NCBI GenBank assembly: GCA_039934485.1
Contig: JBDTMB010000002.1
Coordinates: 1 to 45,253, forward strand
Direction: 5' to 3'
DNA length: 45,253 nucleotides
From: Vicinamibacterales bacterium
GTDB lineage: Bacteria; Acidobacteriota; Vicinamibacteria; Vicinamibacterales; UBA2999
Under the pieces are notes generated by a model. That model was not told the DNA's origin, did no database searches, and was given only the letters and a program-made list of their open reading frames with translations. Position numbers and translations under genes: made by a program. Below, piece after piece: positions 26,052 through 34,000 of this stretch; within the stretch, counting starts at the first letter, position 1, and each line of letters opens with the position of its first letter.

Positions 26052-26875
26052 ACAACCGATTCGACCTGACCGGCCGGGTGGCGATCATCACCGGCGGCGC
26101 CGGCCTCCTCGGCATGCAGCACGCCCGCGCCATCGCCCGGGCCGGCGGCCACGTGGTGATCGCCGATCTGTCGGCCGACCAGTCCGCCGGTTGCGCGCGC
26201 GAACTGGCCGATGCGATCGGCATTGACGCACTCGGCGTCGGCGTCGACATCACGGTGAAGGAGCAAGTCGAACGCCTGGCCCGCCTGGTGGTCGAACGGT
26301 TTGGCCGCATCGACATCCTGATCAACAACGCGGCCTTGACCGTCAAGGGTGGCGGCGACGGTGCGCGCGGCTACTTCGCGAAGTTCGAGGACTATCCGCT
26401 GGAACTGTGGGAGAAGGCGCTGCAGGTCAACCTGACCGGTACTTTCTTGTGCTGCCAGGCGGTGGGGAAGCAGATGGTCGCGCAGCAGCGCGGCGTGATC
26501 CTCAACATCGCGTCGGATGTCGGTACCATCAGCCCGGATCACCGCATCTACGAAGGCGTGACGAGTCCGCACACCGGCGAACCGTTCAACACGCCGGCCG
26601 CGTACGCCACCACCAAGGCGGGGGTGATCAACCTCACCAGGTACCTGGCGACCTACTGGGCGAAGGACGGCATTCGCGTCAACGCGCTGTCGCCGGGCGG
26701 CGTGTTCGCCAATCACGATCCGGTGTTCGTGCGGAACCTCGCCGAGCGCATTCCCCTTGGCCGGATGGCGAATGTCGATGAATACCAGGGCGCCGTGTTG
26801 TTCCTGGTCTCCGACGCCTCCTCCTACATGACCGGCGCCAACTTGATCGTCGATGGTGGCAGGACGGCATGGTAG
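26048..26875 (+). CDS. Classical SDR family oxidoreductase
   Basis: VAIITGGAGLLG, NNAA and YATTK. ATGA overlap. Confidence 0.9.
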   Translation: MNNRFDLTGRVAIITGGAGLLGMQHARAIARAGGHVVIADLSADQSAGCARELADAIGIDALGVGVDITVKEQVERLARLVVERFGRIDILINNAALTVKGGGDGARGYFAKFEDYPLELWEKALQVNLTGTFLCCQAVGKQMVAQQRGVILNIASDVGTISPDHRIYEGVTSPHTGEPFNTPAAYATTKAGVINLTRYLATYWAKDGIRVNALSPGGVFANHDPVFVRNLAERIPLGRMANVDEYQGAVLFLVSDASSYMTGANLIVDGGRTAW

Positions 26876-28005
26876 GACGCCGGTGGCCGAGGACGGTGTT
26901 GGTCGGGGCAATGTGGCTCGGCGCGCTTGCCGTCGGTGTGGTGGTCATGGCGGAGGGCCTCTTGAGAGTGCGCGTCGCCGTTCACGAGGCGCGTGAAGCC
27001 CGGAACCCATCAGCCTTCGCCCGGCTCCAGCGAGCCTATTCTCCCTTCGCCATTCAACACCTGCATCCGTACTATCTTTTCTTCTTCCCGCTGGACCAGG
27101 CGGCGCGTCTCGCGATCGGCAACGAGGTCTGCAGCATCGATGCGGACGGGTTTCGCGAGCCAGGCCCCGCCCACGCGGGAGGGCGCAGGCTTGCTTTTCT
27201 CCTGGGGGGATCCGCGGCATTTGGCTATTACGCGACGTCGAACGCGACGACGATCACGTCGTATTTGAACGGGCTGCAAAGCGACTACTTCTTCGTCAAC
27301 GCCGGCGTGCCGTCGTGGAATACGACGCAGGAAATGTTTCGCCTTGCCGCGCAGATCGCCGACCTCCATCCGGCCCTGGTCGTTGCGTACGACGGCGCCA
27401 ATGACGCCGTCCTGGCCAATCTCGCCAATACGCGGCGCCACACGCCGTATCCGGCCGGCACTCCCGAGAGCTTTGACCAGCTCGAAGACCTGGTCGATGA
27501 CCTTCGCGCTGAGGCGAACCTGCTGACCTTCGATCGCCTGCTGCCCCAGGTTTCCCATCGCGCCCGCAAGTACAGCGGGGCGTTTCGGGAAAAGTACGGC
27601 AGCCCCGTCGTCCCACCCGTGACGGGGTTCGATGTCGCGGGTGTGGACGCCGCAGCGCGCCGCTACGTCAACAACCACGCGCGCATGGCCGACCTCTCGC
27701 GAGGCAGCGGCGCGCGGTTCATGGCGGTGTTTCAACCCATCGCCGGCCTCCACCGCCACCTGGCGGCTTCTTCGGACGAGCGCGACGAAATGGTCGAGGC
27801 CTTTCACCAACGCGTCTCGGCCCATCAATCCAGCGCGTTCGAGTACTACGATCTGTCGAGCATGTTCGACGAAGACATCGCTCCGGTGGCCGCCGCCGAA
27901 GGCCAACGGCCGGAGGACGCGATCTTTGTTGATGGGGTGCACCTCCATGACCTGGGCAACGAAATAGTCGCCAAGCGCCTGCTTCGGTTGGTGCTGGCGA
28001 AATGA
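26869..28005 (+). CDS. Membrane-anchored SGNH-like hydrolase/esterase (second copy of the class)
   Basis: N-terminal anchor VLVGAMWLGALAVGVVVMA. LLGGSAAFG (block I-like Ser), YDGANDAV and DGVHLHDLGNEIVAKRL (DxxH). Confidence 0.65.
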   Translation: MVGRRWPRTVLVGAMWLGALAVGVVVMAEGLLRVRVAVHEAREARNPSAFARLQRAYSPFAIQHLHPYYLFFFPLDQAARLAIGNEVCSIDADGFREPGPAHAGGRRLAFLLGGSAAFGYYATSNATTITSYLNGLQSDYFFVNAGVPSWNTTQEMFRLAAQIADLHPALVVAYDGANDAVLANLANTRRHTPYPAGTPESFDQLEDLVDDLRAEANLLTFDRLLPQVSHRARKYSGAFREKYGSPVVPPVTGFDVAGVDAAARRYVNNHARMADLSRGSGARFMAVFQPIAGLHRHLAASSDERDEMVEAFHQRVSAHQSSAFEYYDLSSMFDEDIAPVAAAEGQRPEDAIFVDGVHLHDLGNEIVAKRLLRLVLAK

Positions 28006-28006
28006 A

Positions 28007-28861
28007 TCAGGGGAGCGGATAGTGTCCCGTCACCGGATTCCATGCCGCCGGTGTCGTCGCCGGCAGCCACGGCTCGCGGGGTTCAGGCCGGACACCCTTC
28101 CAGCCGGCCGGCTGGACGATGCGCGCGTTGATCAGGAGCGGGTGTCCCTGGTCCTTGTAGTCCCGTTCAAGGGCCGTTAGCTCTTCGACCGGCAGGTTCA
28201 TCTGGTAAGCAACCCTGGAGAACAGGTTGCCATCGATCACCAATTCAAAATCTTCAGCCGCCAGCCCAATCCGGCGGAGCAGGTTTTCGACATGGAGCGG
28301 CGTGAACCACCAGAACACAAACAGCGGCTTGCCGGTGCCCATGTCAAGCCCGGCCGGAAAGTAATAGTCCACGCACGGAAAATTCACCAGCAACGTCCCG
28401 CCCGGTTTCAGGATGCGCACCGCGTGATACAAGGCGGACTCGACGTCATAGATGAAGTGCATCGTAAAGGGCACGACAAAGCAATCGTAGGTCCCACCAG
28501 GCAACTGATCGGCCCGGCTCAAGTCGGCGACCACATCGACGCCCGGCCGCGGCGCGAGGTCGAGCGCCTCGGCGCGAGTGATGGTCGCCATCCCGAAGCG
28601 CGACAACGTTGAGGTCGCGCCAATCTCGAGGCCCCTGCCGCGGATGTCCTGGCGGTGCGCCTCGAGAAACTCCTCCCAGTAGTAGCGCACGACGGGCGTG
28701 CCGCGCTGCCGCCCGCCTGCCATCGGCTGCAGCCGCCGCAATTGGCCCGAGCGAATTCCGCGTACCATGGGCAAGCGGCCAAGCGTGTGCCATCGCGCCC
28801 GGCTCCATGCCGCCGCGCGTGCGATCGCCCGTTGAGACCATGAGCCGCCGTCGCGATGCAT
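28007..28861 (-). CDS. Class I SAM-dependent methyltransferase
   Basis: GLEIGATSTLSRFG (motif I), VVADLS, and YHAVRILKPGGTLLVNFP. Only the last ~285 codons of the 648-aa ORF are credible. Alternative starts at 28768 and 28723. Confidence 0.75.
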   Translation of the reverse strand: MHRDGGSWSQRAIARAAAWSRARWHTLGRLPMVRGIRSGQLRRLQPMAGGRQRGTPVVRYYWEEFLEAHRQDIRGRGLEIGATSTLSRFGMATITRAEALDLAPRPGVDVVADLSRADQLPGGTYDCFVVPFTMHFIYDVESALYHAVRILKPGGTLLVNFPCVDYYFPAGLDMGTGKPLFVFWWFTPLHVENLLRRIGLAAEDFELVIDGNLFSRVAYQMNLPVEELTALERDYKDQGHPLLINARIVQPAGWKGVRPEPREPWLPATTPAAWNPVTGHYPLP

Positions 28862-30094
28862 GACCACGCTAGTGTAGGCCGACTGATGTCTCGCTCGAGC
28901 GCGTGGCTGATCCTGCCGATTGTCGCTGGTGTTGTCATCCGCGCTGGCCTTCGCCTCGCCGCCGGCGAGGATGCGTTCCTGACCCACGGCTACACGTTTT
29001 ACCTCACCCTCGCCCACAGCTTCCTCGCGGGCGACGGCCTGTGCTACGCGCCGGGTGAGTCGTGCGCCAGCCGGTTGCCCGTCTACCCGCTGTTTCTCGC
29101 CGGCTTCATCCAGGCCGGCGTCCTCTACCCCGGCGTCGTCATTGCGCAGTCGATCATCGGGGCCGGCGTCGGGTGGATGGCCTGGCGGATTGGCAACGAG
29201 TTGTTTGCGCCCCCAGTCGGACTCCTGGCCGCCGCGGCAACCGCCTTCAATCCTTACGCGGTGATCCACGACACCGCGCTGCAGGACACCGTGCTCCTCA
29301 ACTTCCTGATGGCGGCAGCGCTCGCGTGCCTGCTCGCCGCCAGGCGGACGCGCCGGAATGGCCTGTGGTTGGCCGCCGGTATCGTGCTGGGACTGGCCAT
29401 CCTGACGGCGGCGCGCGTCGCGTTCTTCGCGCCGTTTGCGATTGCCTGGGTGGCGGCGGTTGGCGGCACCAACCGCCGCGAACGCATGCGCGCAGCGGTG
29501 GTGGTCGCGCTGCCGATCGTGCTGCTGACTGGCGCGTGGACGATGCGGAACTGGCGCGTCGTCGGCGCGCCGGTCCTCACCTCCGAGTTCGGGAGAAGCC
29601 TGTACTTGGGAAACAATCCCTTGACGTTCTCGCACTTTCCCGAGGAGAGCATCGATCTCACCGTCGACGGATTGCCGCAGCTGTCGCCCGACGGTTATCG
29701 ATCCATCGAACGTCTCGCGGGACAAGACGTCGCGCGGGACGCGCTGTTTCGGCGGATGGGGCTTGAATATGTCAGGGCCAATCCTGGCACCGCCGCGTGG
29801 GGTAGTGCCCGTAAGCTCTGGGTGATCCTCTCGGCGCAACTCAGTCCCGCTCGGGAGCCTGTCGTCCAATGGGCGTATCGATCGGTCTTTCTTTCCGCAC
29901 ACCTTCTGGCCATCGTCGGACTGTGGCGCGCTCGCCGGGATTGGCGGGTGCACGCGCTGATGTGGGGCCTGGTCCTTTCATTCGCCATCACTACCGCCGT
30001 GTTCTGGGCGCACACCAGCCATACCGGCTACCTTGATCCGATCCTGTTCGCCTACGCCAGTGCGGGGCTGTACCGATTGGCGAACCATCAGTGA
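28856..30094 (+). CDS. Polytopic membrane GT-C-like (ArnT/PMT_2-like) glycosyltransferase
   Basis: Multiple hydrophobic helices with a periplasmic-loop-like region (LTSEFGRSLYLGNNPLTFSHFPEESID). Alternative start ATG 28886 (MSRSSAWLILPIV). Confidence 0.6.
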   Translation: MHDHASVGRLMSRSSAWLILPIVAGVVIRAGLRLAAGEDAFLTHGYTFYLTLAHSFLAGDGLCYAPGESCASRLPVYPLFLAGFIQAGVLYPGVVIAQSIIGAGVGWMAWRIGNELFAPPVGLLAAAATAFNPYAVIHDTALQDTVLLNFLMAAALACLLAARRTRRNGLWLAAGIVLGLAILTAARVAFFAPFAIAWVAAVGGTNRRERMRAAVVVALPIVLLTGAWTMRNWRVVGAPVLTSEFGRSLYLGNNPLTFSHFPEESIDLTVDGLPQLSPDGYRSIERLAGQDVARDALFRRMGLEYVRANPGTAAWGSARKLWVILSAQLSPAREPVVQWAYRSVFLSAHLLAIVGLWRARRDWRVHALMWGLVLSFAITTAVFWAHTSHTGYLDPILFAYASAGLYRLANHQ

Positions 30095-30918
30095 GCGCGC
30101 CAAGGTGGCCACGCATCAGCATCGTGACGCCCTCGTTCAACCAGGGGCCCTTCCTCGAGCAGGCGATCCAATCGGTGTTGACCCAAGCCTATCCAGACAT
30201 TGAATTGATCGTGATGGACGGCGGATCGACCGATGGCAGTGTCGAGATCCTGACGAAGTATGGGCCGAGGTTGAAGCACTGGGTGTCGGCAGCGGACCAG
30301 GGACCTGCCGGCGCGCTGAATCGTGGATTCCAGTTCGCCACCGGCGAGATCCTTGGGGTGATCAACGCCGACGATTTCTACTTGCCCAACGCCTTCACCC
30401 GTGTCGCGCAAGAGTTCGCCGCCCATCCGTCCGCCGACGTCATCTCTGGCCATGCCTACTTCGCCCGCCCTTCGGGTGAACTGGGCCAGCCGACCTTCAG
30501 CGATCGCTGGAACCTGAGGCACTTTCAGTACGGAGCCTGCGTGCTGGTCCAGCAGTCGACGTTTTTCCGCCGCGCTGCCTTCGAGCGCGCCGGCGGGTTC
30601 CGCGAGACCGGAAGCCTGTGCTGGGACATGGAACTCTGGGCCGACCTGGCGCGGCGCGGGGCGGCTTTTCACACCCTCGATGCCTTCCTGGCGGCGTTTC
30701 GATTGCACCCGGGATCGATCAGTGGAAATGTCGATTTTCGGACCCGCCGCCGGGATCACGCGCGCGTCGTCATGGCCGAGATGAGGGGCCGCCCAGAGAG
30801 CCAGATCGACCGTATATTGCACGTTTTCCACAGGTTTCTGAAGTTTTCGCGCCATCCGCGCCGAACCCTCCAACAGCGCTCGTACTTTCGCTCGGTCCTC
30901 CGGCGCTGGAGGCTCTAA
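30091..30918 (+). CDS. Glycosyltransferase family 2
   Basis: ISIVTPSFNQGPFLEQAIQSVLTQAYPDIELIVMDGGSTDGS and VINADDF. GTGA overlap. Confidence 0.9.
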   Translation: MSAPRWPRISIVTPSFNQGPFLEQAIQSVLTQAYPDIELIVMDGGSTDGSVEILTKYGPRLKHWVSAADQGPAGALNRGFQFATGEILGVINADDFYLPNAFTRVAQEFAAHPSADVISGHAYFARPSGELGQPTFSDRWNLRHFQYGACVLVQQSTFFRRAAFERAGGFRETGSLCWDMELWADLARRGAAFHTLDAFLAAFRLHPGSISGNVDFRTRRRDHARVVMAEMRGRPESQIDRILHVFHRFLKFSRHPRRTLQQRSYFRSVLRRWRL

Positions 30919-30923
30919 CACGG

Positions 30924-30953
30924 TTGACAAAGTCGAACGGTCTCACATATCTT
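30924..30953 (+). promoter_or_regulatory. Sigma-70-like promoter candidate for the giant protein gene
   Basis: TTGACA at 30924-30929, 18 nt, TATCTT at 30948-30953. It lies inside a 117-nt low-GC intergenic island. SD GAGG at 31027-31030 precedes GTG 31036. Confidence 0.4.
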
Positions 30954-31035
30954 CTATATGACTTAAACCGACATTGAAGTCGTATTTAGCACCGCCTAAC
31001 GCTGGTTTACCTGACCTTCACCGGTCGAGGCGATC

Positions 31036-34000
31036 GTGAAGACTATTCCTCGGTTCCTCCCTGCGGTTTTCTGTGCGCTGGCGTTGTCATTACTAGGTAG
31101 TGTCGACGCTCCGGCGCAATCTGCGTTCAACCCTCAAGTTGAGCGACTCCTGTGGAAACAGCTTGAGATCTGGCCCAACCTTTTGAACAACGTGCCGAGT
31201 CCAACCGGCACGGAGATCGATACCGACGAGTTCGGCAATCCGATTCTCCAATCGCCGTATGAGACTTACGAAGATGAGTTCGCCTCGCTCGCGCCTGGCG
31301 AATGTTCATATTCGCGGGCTGGCGATTTCGACTGGGACTACCCCCAGCATCGGCAGTGCAAGGACGCCAGCGGAGCGGAAGTGCCGCCGCCGCCAGGGGC
31401 GTTGCTGTTGCCGGTATCGCTGGCGGTGGACACCGTTGACGTTGGTGGCGGCAACCTGCAGCACCGTGTTTACGTTGCCGACGGATTGAACAACCGCGTG
31501 CAAGTGTTTAATTTCGACGGCACCGTCTTTCCGCTGGCGCATCCGATGGGCAGTGGCAAGTTTGGCCGAGGCCCTTATAGTTACGGACCGGGTGGCGACA
31601 GCGGCGAACTGCTCAGCCTTCCGTACGGCATCTCTGTGGACGGGGCGCACCGGATTCTCGTGGCTGACGGAGGCAACGCGCGGGTGGCGGTGTTCAACGC
31701 CGACGGGTCGATGGCCTTTGACTTCGACATCCCCGACGGCATTGCCGGCCCGATGAAACCGAACCAGGTGAAGCTGACGCCGGGTGCGGTCGCCCTGGCG
31801 CCTGGAAGCCCGGTGCCGCCTTCGGCAGCCAACGACCGCATCCTGGTCACCGATTGGTCGCACTGCCAAGTCCACGTCTTCGATACGGCGTTCAACCTGA
31901 TTAACTCGCTACCGCACGCCTTGCCGCAAATCTCGCAACATGATGCCTGCCTGCAGGGCGATCCAGATTCGATTATTCCCCCGGGCTCTGTCAGCCCGTT
32001 CACGGGTCCGGGAGAGTTCAGCACGGTGACCGGGGCGGCGATCGATGCCTCGGGCCACATTTATGTCGCCGACCATGCCCAGGATCTGATCCAGGTCTTC
32101 GATCGCGACCTGAACCCCCTTGGTTGGATTGGCAGGCCACAGGTGCCGGGCCCCTCGGCGCTCGACGGACCGGTGGGTATTGCAATCGATCATCTTGGCC
32201 GCATTGGCGTGACCGACTCTGGGCACGCCCGCGTGGCGTTCTACACCGTGACCTATCCGGGCGGCGTCCCGTCGGCCCAGTTCGAATTCCAGCTCGACAC
32301 CACCGTCGCGGTGTCAGATTTCACGATGGGCATGGCCGACCAGCAGGGCACCCTGCCTGGTCTCGACGAGAAAGGCCGGTTCCTCGTGACCGACCCCATC
32401 GGCCGGCGGATTCTCCGGTTCGAGCTGCCTGACATGGGTATCGTCAATCCGGCGGCCGCCCTCGGTATCGGAACCTTCGATGTCGCCGTTCCCATGCAGA
32501 AACTGTCGCCAGTGACCGGCGTGACGGTGACCGTGCAAGCCGTCGAACCGGGTGTCAGCGTTGGCACGCCGACTCCCACCGCTCCGTCCACCATCGGCCC
32601 CGGTCAACTGGTGAGCTATTCGTTTACCTACGACCAGGGCTCGTCGCCGACGGCGACGTTCATCATCAATGCTTCGGGCAATGGTGGCGCGGTGAATGCC
32701 GATCCGGCCGAGGCGATGGCTCGCGCGACGTGTGGGAACTGCGGCGCCACTCACGCTGTGTACGAAGATCCGGAGGCCCCTGGAGGTCCGGTTGCGATCA
32801 GTCCGATCGTCGCTCCCGTCGGGTCGTGGTACGGCCAGGACGTGTTTGTGCGGATCACGCCGACCGGCAGCGAACCGGTGAGCGAGATCTTCTGGAACTT
32901 CGAAGGCGAGGCGGCGTTCTTCTACGGCGGGTCGGCGACCGAATCGCCGCTCGACGCCAACGGTAACGTCGACGTGCATGTCCGCGTGACCGGCGTGAGC
33001 GCGCTGAACTACCACGTCGTGACCGACGCCGGCAGCCTCGGGCCCACCGTGCACGTGCCGCTGAACCTTGATTTGAACCCGCCCGAGGTGAGTTTCAACG
33101 TCTGGCCGGTGCACGGCCCGGACCAGGGCGCCGAGTGGTACAACACCGATGTCTCCGTCGGCTACTTCGTCATCGACGGGGAGTCGGGTTCACCGGCCGA
33201 CACGGAAGCGAATTCGGAGATATCAGACGGTTGGGTCACCTTCACTGAAGAAGGCCGCCACCAGTCGGATTCGTTCACTGTCGCCGACTACGTCGGCCAT
33301 ACGCAGGACGCCAATTCGGCGACGTCGCGCGGCGGCCGCTACGTCAACATCGACAAGACGGCCCCCGTCATTGTCGCGCCGAACAACATCCATATCCTCG
33401 CCACCGGCCAGGCGTATGGCGTCATTCCAGCGGGCACGTTTGATGCCTCCGCGACCGATCCCCTCCTGCTCGATGGCTCGGCCGGGTCCGGCGTCGTCTC
33501 GATCGGCCAGCCCGGGACGCTGCAGTTCCCGATGGGTTCGAGCGACTTCACCTTTGCCGCGCGCGATGCGGCCGGCAACCTGTCAACGGTCGTGAGGACC
33601 GTGACGGTGGACAAGGCGTCATCGACGGTCGCCTACACCGGAGCGACGGCCGTCGGGTACGCCTATGACGTGCTGCTGTCGGCCACCACAAGCCCGACGT
33701 GGGCCACCGGGACCGTGACGTTTACCGCCGGTTCGTTCACCGTCACCGGACCGGTGGTCAACGGTGTCGCGTCGGCGACGATCCCTGGCACGACCTTGTT
33801 GCCTGGCACGTCGACCGTGAATTTCTCGTATTCCGGTGACACGGCGTTGCTGGCGTCGACGGGGTCGGCCACCATCACGATTGGGCAACCAGTGCCGGTC
33901 ACGATTCAGGCGAATCCCCAGACGCGGCCCTACGGTAATGAGAACCCGCCGCTCGATGTCACCGTTACGGGAGCGTCGGCCGGAAGCGTGAGCTACCAGA

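Noticed and set aside
28862-29953. N-terminal 364 codons of the 648-aa minus-strand ORF 28007-29953.
   Set aside because: This part is antisense to the well-formed polytopic GT-C-like gene and is composed of Arg/Gly/Asp/Pro-rich sequence. Only the C-terminal ~285 codons show methyltransferase motifs.
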